From an uncultured Candidatus Saccharibacteria bacterium (GTDB lineage: Bacteria; Patescibacteriota; Minisyncoccia; Phycocordibacterales; DSPV01), in contig CAZTXT010000001.1 in NCBI GenBank assembly GCA_964617735.1, forward strand, positions 532,776 to 596,775: DNA of 64,000 nt, in the 5' to 3' direction. Every line of letters begins with the position of its first letter. Within the stretch, counting starts at the first letter, position 1. Below the pieces are notes generated by a model. That model was given only the letters and a program-made list of their open reading frames with translations. It had not been told where the DNA came from and made no database searches. The translations under genes and the position numbers were made by a program. Below, in pieces: positions 17,559 to 27,667 of this stretch.

Positions 17559-19082
17559 ATGACTGTGACAGAAAAAAAGAAGCTCTCGGTCCTCGGTCAG
17601 CTCATCAAGAGCCTGCGGGAGGAACGTGCGATCACCCAATCGACATTCGCGAAAAAACTCGGCACGACGCAGAGCGCCGTCGCACGCATCGAGAGCGGGG
17701 AGCAGAACGTGAGCGCCGGAATCTTAAGCCGCATCTCGGACATTCTCGAAAAAGACGTCATTCAAGTGAACGACGGCGCCATGAACATCCAGATCGAGGG
17801 AGGCCATGAACTCTCGGGAACAGTCGTCACCAAAACTTCCAAGAACGCGGCGATGGGACTGCTGTGCGCTTCCCTGCTGAACCGCTCGGAAACGATCCTC
17901 GAGCATGTCCCCAGGATCGAAGAGGTCCATCGGATGGTGGAAGTGCTCGTAAGCATCGGGGTACAGGTCCGCTGGGACAACGACAATCTCATCATCAAGC
18001 CGCCGGAGAAGATTGCTCCAGAATCAATGGATCGGACCGCCGCACAAAAAACCCGCAGTGTCATCATGCTCACCGGACCCCTGATGCATCTGTTGCCGAA
18101 ATTCTCGCTGCCGCAACCCGGCGGCTGCAAGCTCGGCAGCCGCTCTATCCGTCCACACCTCTACGCGCTTGAGCGCTTGGGCGTCAAAATAACCACCCGG
18201 CGCGGAAGCCATGACGTGATCATCGGCCCTCCGAAAGATCGCGAGATAATCCTCTACGAATCAGGCGACACCGTGACCGAGAACATCCTTATGGCCACGG
18301 CAAAGCTTCCGGGAAAAACCGTAATCAAGTACGCCTCGGCGAATTATCAAATCCAGGAACTCTGCTACTTTCTCGAGAAGCTCGGCGTCACGATCGAGGG
18401 CATCGGCACCACGACCCTCACCGTAAATGGCATACCGGTCATCGACACGCCAGTGCGCTACAGCCTCGCCGAAGACCCCATCGAATCCATGTTCATGCTC
18501 GCAGCCGCTATCGTCACGCGCTCGAATATCACGATCAAGCGCTGCCCCATCGACTTTTTGGAGCTCGAATTGCTCAAGCTCAAAAAGATGGGTTTTAGAT
18601 ATAAACAGAGCAAACGCTATAAAGCTCTCAATGGCCGAACGAATTTGGTCGACCTAGAAACCTTACCGTCAAACCTCAACGCCCTCGAGGAGAAGATAGA
18701 CGCACGACCCTATCCCGGGCTCAACATAGACAACCTTCCTTTCTTTGCGGTCATCGCGACGCAGGCGAAGGGACAGACATTCATCCATGATTGGGTTTAC
18801 GAGGGACGTGCGATACACTACAAAGAGCTCGATAAGCTCGGCGCAGAGGTGATAGTGGCCGATCCGCACCGGGCGTATATAAACGGGCCCACGGCTCTTG
18901 CTGCTGCCGAAGTCATTTGTCCGCCGGCGCTACGGCCTGCAGCAATCATTTTGATCGGCATGCTCGCGGCAAAAGGGACTTCCATACTGCGTAACATCTA
19001 TTCGATAAATCGGGGATACGAAGACTTGGTAAAGCGGCTCAACGCATTGGGCGCAAAAATAAAGATACTAAGGAACCTGTAG
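17559..19082 (+). CDS. murA: UDP-N-acetylglucosamine 1-carboxyvinyltransferase with N-terminal XRE-type HTH domain
   Basis: Residues 1-65 form an HTH (QSTFAKKLGTTQSAVARIESGE). The remainder is the MurA/EPSP-synthase-fold enolpyruvyl transferase. TATACT at 17544-49 lies close to the ATG. Confidence 0.75.
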   Translation: MTVTEKKKLSVLGQLIKSLREERAITQSTFAKKLGTTQSAVARIESGEQNVSAGILSRISDILEKDVIQVNDGAMNIQIEGGHELSGTVVTKTSKNAAMGLLCASLLNRSETILEHVPRIEEVHRMVEVLVSIGVQVRWDNDNLIIKPPEKIAPESMDRTAAQKTRSVIMLTGPLMHLLPKFSLPQPGGCKLGSRSIRPHLYALERLGVKITTRRGSHDVIIGPPKDREIILYESGDTVTENILMATAKLPGKTVIKYASANYQIQELCYFLEKLGVTIEGIGTTTLTVNGIPVIDTPVRYSLAEDPIESMFMLAAAIVTRSNITIKRCPIDFLELELLKLKKMGFRYKQSKRYKALNGRTNLVDLETLPSNLNALEEKIDARPYPGLNIDNLPFFAVIATQAKGQTFIHDWVYEGRAIHYKELDKLGAEVIVADPHRAYINGPTALAAAEVICPPALRPAAIILIGMLAAKGTSILRNIYSINRGYEDLVKRLNALGAKIKILRNL

Positions 19083-19085
19083 TCT

Positions 19086-19871
19086 ATGCAAACAAGAAAG
19101 AACACTGTGATCTGGATACTGACCTTCGCCGCGATAGTGGTCGCGATTTTGATCATCGCCGGAGTCATAAAAACTCCGCTTAGTCCTCACGGAAAGATAA
19201 CAATCGAAGGACTCGATGCGAATGAGAAAGTATTCGTGGATAACGTGCCCCAAAGCATCTCCTTCAATAAAAGGGACAATGCGACCATAAGCGCTGCCGC
19301 AGGCATCCGCGATGTCTTGGTATCGCGTGACGGATACTGGCCATACCTCAAACAGATCAGCGTCGAGGCGGGAAAAACTGCCTCGATACATCCCTTTCTT
19401 TTCCCCAAGCAGCCAGATTTTGAAGGGATTGATAGTCGGGATCCCGAATACTATGCGCTCATCGCATTGATCAAAAAACAAACTATCCCGAGCGAACCGC
19501 ACCTCTTGGGATCGTCGGAAGGTACGGTGACCATCTGGAAAGAGGGCTCGGCGCTCAAGGCTAAATGGATCGGGTCAGGTCCTATCGCCTCTTTTCTCTG
19601 TCCGGAAGGCGACGCGGGAACTTGTCAGAGCGGCATAACCTTCTTCAACGCGAACGAGCCGGTACAAGCGGTGGCATTCTGGAGAGATCGGCCGGATGTG
19701 GCCATCGTCGCTTCGGGAGAAAAGATATTCGCGCTCGAACTCGACCTCCGGCCCATACAAAACTTTCAACTGCTCTACCAGGGCGTAAGACCTGTCTTCG
19801 CGCTAACACCAACGGGAACGCTCATCGTGCTCGACGACGGACATCTTTACTCTCTTGCTCTTGCGGAATAA
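19086..19871 (+). CDS. membrane-anchored PEGA-domain protein
   Basis: N-terminal TM followed by PEGA-like beta-strands (KITIEGL...VFVDNVP...VLVSRDGYWPY). Confidence 0.45.
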   Translation: MQTRKNTVIWILTFAAIVVAILIIAGVIKTPLSPHGKITIEGLDANEKVFVDNVPQSISFNKRDNATISAAAGIRDVLVSRDGYWPYLKQISVEAGKTASIHPFLFPKQPDFEGIDSRDPEYYALIALIKKQTIPSEPHLLGSSEGTVTIWKEGSALKAKWIGSGPIASFLCPEGDAGTCQSGITFFNANEPVQAVAFWRDRPDVAIVASGEKIFALELDLRPIQNFQLLYQGVRPVFALTPTGTLIVLDDGHLYSLALAE

Positions 19872-19924
19872 TTTTAATACCTAACCGGCGCTCTGGTCCG
19901 CTGTCGATACCCTCGAGCCTCTTT

Positions 19925-21817
19925 GTAGCCTCCATGAAAATCGTTACCGTCACAACGATAGACCGGAATCATCAGAAAGGCCCGCTGACCTACTTTACCG
20001 CTAAGGATGTCTCGGTCGGCGACGTGGTCGCCGTGCCAGTACGGAAAAAGACCGTCTATGGGCTTGTGGAGGGCCTCGAAGAAGCATCGAAAGAAAAAGC
20101 GGCGATAAAATCTTCGGCATTCGGTCTCAAAAAGATCTCAAAGGTCGCCACTCCCCCTCCCTTCTCTATGTCATTCGTCGCGGCTGCGCGAATGACTGCA
20201 GAATATTACGCGACTTCGACCGGAGCAGTACTCTCTGCCGCGACGCCTGATCGCCTGATACATCGCCTGGGATTTCAAAAGGCCCCGATCGAAGAGAACA
20301 ACATCGCTCCGAATGTCGCGGTGCTCCAGGCGAATGACGCAGACCGCTATGCGCATTATCGGTCCTGCGTGCGTGAGACATTTAGTCACGTACGATCGGT
20401 ACTGATACTGGTACCAACGATACAAGATGCTGACACGATATCGAGCATTCTATCAAAAGGGATCGAACCCTACGTCCATATTCTGCACAGCATGCGATCG
20501 GTAAAAGAAATCAATACGTCGCTTGCTGCGCTCAACAACGAGCAACACCCGCTTCTCATCATCGCAACACCCGGCTTTATGGCGCTCGCTCCGAAAGGGA
20601 TCGAGGTCATCATCATCGAGCGCGAGAATTCTTCGGCATACAAACAAATGGTGAAGCCGCAGATCGACTTTCGTTTTCTGGCGCGCGCATTCGCGCAAAA
20701 AGCCGGATTACGCCTCATCATGGGAGATGCCGTACTCTCGCTCGAGACGCTGAATGCGGTTTCGGAGGGACTATACGCCGAGCTCATACCTCTACCGTGG
20801 AGAATACCGTCGAAAGCAAGCGGAGAACTGGTCGACATGAAAGCGTACAAACCGGACCTCCGCGGAGTCTCCGAAGCCCTAAGTCCGGAGCTCAAAGCCC
20901 TGATCAAACGAACTCGTGAGAGCGGCGATCGGACGTTCATTTTCGCGGGTCGCAAAGGCCTCTCTCCGGCAACGATATGCGGGGACTGCGGGGAGTTGGT
21001 GCTCTGCGAGCGATGCGGGACAACGCTCACCCTTCACAGCAGCAAGAACCAAAAACGCTTCTACATTTGCCGACGCTGCGGATTGAAAAAAGAACCGACA
21101 TTGCGATGCAAAAACTGTGCGAGCTGGAAACTCACGACGCTTGGCATTGGAAGCGAATTGGTCGAAGCCCAAGTGGCTAAAGCCTTCCCCGATCTCACGC
21201 TCATAAGGCTCGACAAAGAGTCGGCCAAAAACCGTACCGAGGTGCTGAAGCTCGTTGAGAAATTCTATGATTCTCCCCGAAGCGTCCTGATCGGCACCGA
21301 ACTCGCGCTCGGATATCTGCAAAAGCCCGTGGGCGCTGTTGCAGTGGCATCCCTCGATGAATTCTTCTCTATCCCCGACTTTCGAATACACGAGCGGATA
21401 TTCTATCTTCTGTTGAGATTACGCGGTCTTGCCGAAAAGAATTTTCTCGTGCAAACCCGTCATGGCGAGCTACCATTGATCACTGCCGCGCTTGAAGGAG
21501 ATCTCAGCGATTTCTATCACCGCGAATATGAGATCCGAAAAATACTCTCCTATCCCCCATTCTCCGTCATAATATCGATCTCGGCGCCTGCAGAACCGCA
21601 TGCGACGGAAAGATTCAGAGAGCTGGCGAGACAATTCCGACCTTTCATTTTCGATACATTTCCCCTGCTCATCGCAAAAGGAAAAGGAAAGCCAGTGATC
21701 TCCGGAGTCGCAAAGATCCCGCGGAGCGCTTGGCCGAACCCGCGAGTGTTAGCTATACTGCATACACTCCCGCCTTCCGATATGGTCATCGTCGACCCCG
21801 AAAACTTCATCTCATGA
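19925..21817 (+). CDS. priA: primosomal protein N' (PriA)-like, Walker A/B degenerate
   Basis: N-terminal 3'-DNA-binding domain, helicase-core similarity (ILVPTI, HSMRS), and a Cys-rich zinc region CGDCG...CERCG...CRRCG...CKNC. Has ANDADRY in place of GxGKT and IIIEREN in place of DEEH. Confidence 0.6.
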   Translation, partial: VASMKIVTVTTIDRNHQKGPLTYFTAKDVSVGDVVAVPVRKKTVYGLVEGLEEASKEKAAIKSSAFGLKKISKVATPPPFSMSFVAAARMTAEYYATSTGAVLSAATPDRLIHRLGFQKAPIEENNIAPNVAVLQANDADRYAHYRSCVRETFSHVRSVLILVPTIQDADTISSILSKGIEPYVHILHSMRSVKEINTSLAALNNEQHPLLIIATPGFMALAPKGIEVIIIERENSSAYKQMVKPQIDFRFLARAFAQKAGLRLIMGDAVLSLETLNAVSEGLYAELIPLPWRIPSKASGELVDMKAYKPDLRGVSEALSPELKALIKRTRESGDRTFIFAGRKGLSPATICGDCGELVLCERCGTTLTLHSSKNQKRFYICRRCGLKKEPTLRCKNCASWKLTTLGIGSELVEAQVAKAFPDLTLIRLDKESAKNRTEVLKLVEKFYDSPRSVLIGTELALGYLQKPVGAVAVASLDEFFSIPDFRIHERIFYLLLRLRGLAEKNFLVQTRHGELPLITAALEGDLSDFYHREYEIRKILSYPPFSVIISISAPAEPHATERFRELARQFRPFIFDTFPLLIAKGKGKPVISGVAKIPRSAWPNPRVLAILHTLPPSDMVIVDPENFIS

Positions 21818-22338
21818 CAACCATCGTACAAAAAGAAGATCCTGTCTTACGAGAAAAAGCGGTTGAGGTGCCGAAAGAGTCCCTGTCCTCGGCCCGCATC
21901 GTACGGATCATCAAAGCCATGCAGCAGGCGCTTGAATCGCAGGCTGACGGCGTCGCTATCGCGGCGCCGCAGATCGGAGAGAACCTCCGGATATTCATCG
22001 TCTCTAAACGGGCGTTCCAACTTCAGGGAGAGAAGTCGGAGGAATTGAACGAATCACCCGCGCATGATCTCGTCTTCATCAATCCGCGCCTGATGAAACT
22101 TTCCCGAAAGAAAGAATGGGTTGAGGAAGGATGTCTCTCGGTCCGATGGCTCTATGGGCACGTTCAGAGGTCTGTCAAAGCATCCGTCCGGGCATACGAC
22201 GAGCGGGGAAAGATATTCGAGAGGGGCGGCAGCGGCATTCTTGCACAGATCTTCCAGCACGAAATGGATCATCTCGACGGCATGCTTTTCATCGATAAAG
22301 CGAAGGATATCCGCGAAGTCCTTCCTGAAGAATCGTAA
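21814..22338 (+). CDS. def: peptide deformylase
   Basis: GxGxAAxQ-like, EGCLS and QHEMDHLDG motifs. Overlaps the priA stop (ATGA). Confidence 0.85.
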   Translation: MTTIVQKEDPVLREKAVEVPKESLSSARIVRIIKAMQQALESQADGVAIAAPQIGENLRIFIVSKRAFQLQGEKSEELNESPAHDLVFINPRLMKLSRKKEWVEEGCLSVRWLYGHVQRSVKASVRAYDERGKIFERGGSGILAQIFQHEMDHLDGMLFIDKAKDIREVLPEES

Positions 22339-22339
22339 T

Positions 22340-23188
22340 ATGCAAAAACCGCGCATTGTCTTTTTTGGGAACTCGAAATACTCGGTCATCGTCGAACGTG
22401 CTCTCCACGAAGCATTTGGATTGGCGTTGGTGGTTACTATCCCCGACCGTCTGAATTCGCGCAAAGAGAAGGTCGAAAGCCCCGTAAAGCAGTTCGCACA
22501 GACGCAGGGCATCGATGTCATCGAAGTAGATAAACTCTCCTCCGATACGATCGAGCAGATTAAAAAATATAGACCCGATTTTCTCGTCGTCGCCGACTAT
22601 GGACTCATCCTTCCTCGGTCTTTGCTAAGAGTTCCTGTTTTTGCGCCACTCAATGTCCATCACTCTCTGCTTCCAGAGCACCGCGGGCCTTCCCCTGCCC
22701 CTGCTGCGATCCTAAGCGGCCAAAAAGAAACGGGGGTGAGCATCATCGTCATGAATGAGCGCGTTGACGCAGGCGATGTGCTCGCCCAAATCCACTATAC
22801 CCTTCCCGAGGACGCGACTACCGATCATCTGCTCAATGAGCTCAATACCCTCGGTGCGAATGCGCTGATCGATACCATCAACGCGTATCGGGCGGGAACC
22901 GTGCACCCTATCCCTCAAGACGAAACTAAAGCTAGCCATACTTCATTGCTCTCAAGAGAGGATGGCGAGATAAATCTTCATGACAGTCCCGAGCTTAATT
23001 GGAGGAAAATACGCGCTTTCGGAACTTGGCCGGGAACGTATTTCATTGCAGTTCGCGGCACGAAGCGCGTGCGCGTAAAGATCGCGCACGCGCGCTTCCA
23101 CGACGGAATGCTTACTATCGAGCGCGTAATCCCCGAAAATAAAAAGGAGATGTCTTTCGAAGATTTCGAACGCGGCTATTTGCCTTGA
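22340..23188 (+). CDS. fmt: methionyl-tRNA formyltransferase
   Basis: Formyl-transferase N-domain with the HxSLLPxxRG motif (HHSLLPEHRG) and a C-terminal domain. Adjacent to def. Confidence 0.85.
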   Translation: MQKPRIVFFGNSKYSVIVERALHEAFGLALVVTIPDRLNSRKEKVESPVKQFAQTQGIDVIEVDKLSSDTIEQIKKYRPDFLVVADYGLILPRSLLRVPVFAPLNVHHSLLPEHRGPSPAPAAILSGQKETGVSIIVMNERVDAGDVLAQIHYTLPEDATTDHLLNELNTLGANALIDTINAYRAGTVHPIPQDETKASHTSLLSREDGEINLHDSPELNWRKIRAFGTWPGTYFIAVRGTKRVRVKIAHARFHDGMLTIERVIPENKKEMSFEDFERGYLP

Positions 23189-23378
23189 ACTACCGGCAGT
23201 TTCTTATGCATTTGAGCCGGCACTGAATTGGACGACTGGGTGCTCTCTTCAAACGCATACCAGCCTTCAGCAGTTTGATTGACCTCTGCGGCAAAATGGA
23301 ACATCCAGGCAGTTCCCAGGGTAAGAAGGAGGAGTATCAAAAGAGAGGTGGTATTCGAGAAACGATGGTTGAGATAAT

Positions 23379-23759
23379 TCATGACTGTCGTTTCCACCAC
23401 GGGATACCCTTGATGAAAGCCTTGACCTTCTGACCTCCATGACGGATCAGCGACATGCGCTTCCCTTTTTCAGACCGCAATTCATCCATCATTTGATCTT
23501 TGGCCGCATCGATGGAGGAATGAAGGTCCCCGGTCTCCTGCACTGCACGAAAATTCTTCTGGCCGATATGGATATTGATCTCGGCGCGATAGATATCGCC
23601 GGAGTGATGATGTTTGGTAGTTCTGCCGATCTCAACATCAAGGAACGCGTCTTCTGAATGGTGCGCGGTTAACTTTTCAAACGCCGCCAACCGCTTCTCT
23701 AGGTACTCCGCTATATCGGGAGTAAGGGTGATATTCGTCGTTTTTATCCTTGTTCTCAT
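23379..23759 (-). CDS. hpf: ribosome hibernation promoting factor / RaiA family
   Basis: 126 aa with a typical YfiA/HPF N-terminus (IKTTNITLTPDIAEYLEKRL). Confidence 0.75.
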   Translation of the reverse strand: MRTRIKTTNITLTPDIAEYLEKRLAAFEKLTAHHSEDAFLDVEIGRTTKHHHSGDIYRAEINIHIGQKNFRAVQETGDLHSSIDAAKDQMMDELRSEKGKRMSLIRHGGQKVKAFIKGIPWWKRQS

Positions 23760-23782
23760 AAAAAAAGTATAACAGAAAGGAC

Positions 23783-24028
23783 TTAGCGGCGCATCATCAC
23801 CGATACTATTTTAGCGGATGAGCGATGCCCCTTGACGATGCTAATTCCCACGCGGCCCCCAAAATATCGATGCAGCAACGCGAGTACCCGCCGGTTAGCC
23901 GCAGCATGTCGAGCGGGTTCGCGAACAGAGATCTCGAACGCATCAGGTGCGCACTCTGCGAAGGATTCTTTCTTCGCGCCCGCCGTGACCTTCACCTTCA
24001 ACAGCTTTCTATCGCGATCCTCGCGCAT
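23783..24028 (-). CDS. DUF167 (YggU) family protein
   Basis: 81 aa with LKVKVTAGAKK...ANRRVLALL, a pattern typical of YggU. Confidence 0.55.
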   Translation of the reverse strand: MREDRDRKLLKVKVTAGAKKESFAECAPDAFEISVREPARHAAANRRVLALLHRYFGGRVGISIVKGHRSSAKIVSVMMRR

Positions 24029-24584
24029 AGCGACCCATGAGAGATGCCTGGGCGATCACATGTCCTTGCATCGCCGCTTCGATCTGCCTTCTCGAAGCAC
24101 CGCTGTGCAGATCGAGAGCAACATCCAGCGCATAGAGCGTGAAGATGTAGCGGTGGCTTCCGCTCGACGGGCAAGGCCCTCCATAACCCTCCCTCGACCA
24201 CGAATTGAGGCCGCTCGTCCCCGGAATCGCCGCGCCAGCGGGCAATGAAGCGAGAGAATCGTCATGGGCGTTGATATTGAAAAGCAACCAATGATCCCAT
24301 CTGCCACTCGAAGCGTCCGGATCATCCATAATAAGCACGAGTGTAAGCGCCTCGTTCGGAACACCCGTGATAGAAAGCGGAGGAGAGGTGTCGTCCCCAT
24401 CGCAACTATAGCGTGACGGAATCGCGCCGCCGTCCGCAAAGTCCGTACTGCTCATGCGCATCGTAGTGGGGAGAATGTTGTTCGAATCAGTGCTCACGGT
24501 TCTAAAATTTCTGAAATAAATGAGAATTATCGATCCTAAAACGAGTATAACGAGCACTCCCCTATACCATCTCTTCATGCTCAT
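24009..24584 (-). CDS. YbhB/YbcL (PEBP/Raf-kinase-inhibitor-like) family protein, secreted
   Basis: N-terminal signal/TM and PEBP motifs (DPDA, GYGGPCPSSGSHRYIFTLYAL). Confidence 0.7.
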   Translation of the reverse strand: MSMKRWYRGVLVILVLGSIILIYFRNFRTVSTDSNNILPTTMRMSSTDFADGGAIPSRYSCDGDDTSPPLSITGVPNEALTLVLIMDDPDASSGRWDHWLLFNINAHDDSLASLPAGAAIPGTSGLNSWSREGYGGPCPSSGSHRYIFTLYALDVALDLHSGASRRQIEAAMQGHVIAQASLMGRYARGSR

Positions 24585-24605
24585 GCATCATGCTTAGTGG
24601 GTAAT

Positions 24606-25184
24606 TTACATTTCCGCCTGGGGATGTTCTACCAGCTGAACTCCGATCCGCCGTTCGAGCTCTTGCCGAATATTCTCCGCCACATCACGATCTATGGGAT
24701 CGAGCACGCCATCGCTTTCATCCCTCTCCCCTGGTGCTTCTTGGCCTGCAGTCGTGATGATCACTTTACTGACACCCAAGAGCCGATAAAAGAGACTGCG
24801 ATCAACGTTGACGTCCTGGATCTGGCGGTACGGGATCGAGATTTCTTTGATGTTGAAGATCCCCTTTCGGATCTTTATATCATACAGCTCAAGCATGAAG
24901 CGGTAATGGTGATAGATAAGCCAGCTGATCCCGATTTGGAGCGCGATAAGCAGCACCGAAATGAGAAGGAGTGCCCATAAAGAACCGCTGATCCACCCTG
25001 CGAGGGTCGAGGGATTGACCGCAGCAGAAAGAGCGATCCTTCCAAATTGAGCAGTGATCGAGCCGCTCAATCCCCACAACACCAAAGCTCCTAGGAAGAG
25101 GATGCCCGGCCCAGAAACCCGCTGTAAAAGCAGCAGGAGGAATGAACGGGGACCCAGGTAATTTTCTTCGCCGAGATTGATCAT
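24606..25184 (-). CDS. bacterial PH-domain (YdbS/YdbT-like) membrane protein
   Basis: Two TM helices followed by a bPH_2-like domain. Confidence 0.45.
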   Translation of the reverse strand: MINLGEENYLGPRSFLLLLLQRVSGPGILFLGALVLWGLSGSITAQFGRIALSAAVNPSTLAGWISGSLWALLLISVLLIALQIGISWLIYHHYRFMLELYDIKIRKGIFNIKEISIPYRQIQDVNVDRSLFYRLLGVSKVIITTAGQEAPGERDESDGVLDPIDRDVAENIRQELERRIGVQLVEHPQAEM

Positions 25185-25186
25185 CG

Positions 25187-25393
25187 TTAACGATCTCTAC
25201 CGCAACAGGTGCACTTGTAGGCAAACGCTTTATTGAGGCCGATGAGGATAATAATGGTCGGCCATGCGATCGAAACGGTTTGTGTAGAAAGAACGCCGAC
25301 GGCTTCGAGTAAGAAAGCAAGCCCTAAAAGCGTTATAAGCCCGGGGACGACCTTATGATGCGGACATCTGCATACCCCATTTTGTGTATCCAT
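25187..25393 (-). CDS. small Cys-containing membrane protein
   Basis: 68 aa with one TM helix. Confidence 0.3.
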   Translation of the reverse strand: MDTQNGVCRCPHHKVVPGLITLLGLAFLLEAVGVLSTQTVSIAWPTIIILIGLNKAFAYKCTCCGRDR

Positions 25394-25529
25394 GGTAAAA
25401 AATGTTACCGTATAAAGAGACCCATTTTAGCATAGGATTGCAGGGGGCAAAAACGCTTCATGAAGCATTCATCGAGCGCGGCGTAGACTACTGTGTAGAG
25501 CACCATAGGATTGCTTTAGCAATTATTAA

Positions 25530-26213
25530 ATGCTCATTATGAGAATACTTGTTGTCGAAGACGAAGAGAAACTTGCGGATGCGATCGCCCGGGGGCTCAA
25601 GCATGAAGGATACGCGGTAGATACGATCAACGACGGGAAAAAAGCACTGACGCGCATTTCCCTGTACCGGAAAGATTACGATCTTATCATTCTCGATCTG
25701 ATGCTACCCTCCCTCGACGGTCTTTCGATCTGTAAGCAAGTACGTGAGTGGGAGATCACGATACCGATACTCGTCCTAACCGCGCGCAATGAGACCGAGA
25801 CGAAAGTGGAACTCTTACTCTCGGGTGCGGATGATTATCTGGTGAAACCGTTCTCGTTCGAAGAACTGCGGGCGCGCTTACATGCCCTCTTGCGGCGACC
25901 GCACGAGACGATACCTGAACTTCTTAAGGTAAAGGATATCGAGCTCAATCCGGTTGAACGGAAAGTGCGCCGGAACGGCTCCGAGATATCACTGACGCTC
26001 AAAGAGTTCGGGTTACTGGAGTACTTCATGCGCAGACCCAACGAAGTCATCAATCGCGAAGATCTGCTCACCCATCTGTGGGACTTCAATTATATGTCAT
26101 TTAGCAATGTGATAGACGTGCATGTCAAAAACCTCCGGAGAAAACTCAACGATAAAGACAATCCGGGCATACTGGAAACGGTTCGTGGCATTGGTTACCG
26201 CCTCCGTCAATAG
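25530..26213 (+). CDS. two-component response regulator, OmpR/PhoB family
   Basis: Receiver domain (DD...D...K) plus a winged-helix trans_reg_C domain. Confidence 0.85.
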   Translation: MLIMRILVVEDEEKLADAIARGLKHEGYAVDTINDGKKALTRISLYRKDYDLIILDLMLPSLDGLSICKQVREWEITIPILVLTARNETETKVELLLSGADDYLVKPFSFEELRARLHALLRRPHETIPELLKVKDIELNPVERKVRRNGSEISLTLKEFGLLEYFMRRPNEVINREDLLTHLWDFNYMSFSNVIDVHVKNLRRKLNDKDNPGILETVRGIGYRLRQ

Positions 26214-27279
26214 ATACCGCACCGATCTTTTCTTCAGAACAGAATGTAACATCATTGCGCTTCAGATCGCCTTTTCCCTTTTGCTCATTGCTATTGTAGG
26301 AGTCATCTTCTCCTATCTCTATTATGATATCTCCAACACGATCGTCGCGGGGATACGAGAGAGCTTGCGGACGAACGCGGACCCTCTGGTAAGCGGCACC
26401 ATGATCCTGCAGCAACTCCAGGACCTTAAGATACATAATCTCCTGCTTATCGTGATCATCAGCACGCTCTTGACCATCGCCTTCGGCTACATCATCGCTC
26501 GGGTCACGCTGTTCCCTGCCCGCAACGCACTTACATCACAAAAACAATTCATCGGGAATGTAGCGCACGAGCTGCGTACGCCGCTTTCTATCATCAAAAC
26601 GAATACGGAGGTGGCGCTTATGGATATGAGCGTAGACAAGCGATTTAGGCTCATGACCAAAAGCAATATCGAAGAGCTCGATCGCATCTCTCACATCATC
26701 AATAACCTCCTCACCCTAAGCGCATTCACCCAACCCGAACGGATGGAGTTCGTCACGATCGATCTCTGCCTTATCGCCTCCGAGGTAGTGAAAAAACTCT
26801 CCGGCCTCGCCGATCGAAAGCACCTTGAGCTGACCATTCGCAAGTGCAAGAACGCAATGATCGTCGGGAATCCGGCGGCACTCGATCAGATCATCTCGAA
26901 CCTCCTCAAAAACGCGATCAACTTCACGCCGGAGAGAGGTCATGTCAGCGTCACCATTGAAGCGCGCTATAACACCATCGAACTGACCATCAAAGACTCG
27001 GGGGTCGGTATCGCTCGGAAAGACCTGTTCAGGATATTCGAGCCTTTCTACCGCGCTGATCTCTCGCGCAACCGCCAGCGCGGCGGCAGCGGCCTAGGCC
27101 TCGCTATCGTCAATGAGCTCGTCAAACTACATCATGGCAAGATCGTCATGCAGAGTGCCATGGGACAAGGCACCACGGCAACCGTGCTCTTCCCTAAAAT
27201 CAAGTACGCGCAGGAGAAAGAGGGGGCGGGCGAACGCAAACAGCTCAACGAGATCGAAGTCGATTTCACCCACTACTGA
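26122..27279 (+). CDS. sensor histidine kinase (membrane)
   Basis: TM region, H-box HELRTPL and an ATPase domain with N, G1 and G2 boxes. The start is uncertain; the ORF overlaps the 3' end of the response-regulator gene. Confidence 0.75.
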   Translation: MSKTSGENSTIKTIRAYWKRFVALVTASVNRYRTDLFFRTECNIIALQIAFSLLLIAIVGVIFSYLYYDISNTIVAGIRESLRTNADPLVSGTMILQQLQDLKIHNLLLIVIISTLLTIAFGYIIARVTLFPARNALTSQKQFIGNVAHELRTPLSIIKTNTEVALMDMSVDKRFRLMTKSNIEELDRISHIINNLLTLSAFTQPERMEFVTIDLCLIASEVVKKLSGLADRKHLELTIRKCKNAMIVGNPAALDQIISNLLKNAINFTPERGHVSVTIEARYNTIELTIKDSGVGIARKDLFRIFEPFYRADLSRNRQRGGSGLGLAIVNELVKLHHGKIVMQSAMGQGTTATVLFPKIKYAQEKEGAGERKQLNEIEVDFTHY

Positions 27280-27667
27280 CACCCCACAATCTTCATTCTT
27301 CTTTAACCGATCCATTAATATATTCTTCACGGTCCCTCTGCTATCGTGTGGTCACCTTCGTCGAGATCTCTCTGCACTGTCGATATAGAGAACACGACGG
27401 GAGTTTATGAAGTTTTTAAATGAATCCCATCCAATGTGAAAAATAACTCATAGCAACACACCTCTATGATCTAAAAAGAGTCGCAATCTCCAGGGACTTA
27501 AAGAATCATGCGATGATGAACGTTTTGACTGACCTGTACGAGCATCTCGTAGATAATACTCCTAGTATCACTGCCGAGCATGTCGCTACTATCATTTCGG
27601 GAATATGGAGCTCGGCAAAGGCATCGCCGCTAACCGCGGCGATGTTTTTGTATGCTAAAATGGCAGC

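Noticed and set aside
22054-22521. 155-aa minus-strand ORF
   Set aside because: It lies entirely antisense to the well-supported fmt gene and has no motifs. Treated as a spurious shadow ORF. The same applies to 1905-2345, 6883-7317, 8742-9419, 16443-16874, 20470-21030, 30369-31019 and 33114-33668.
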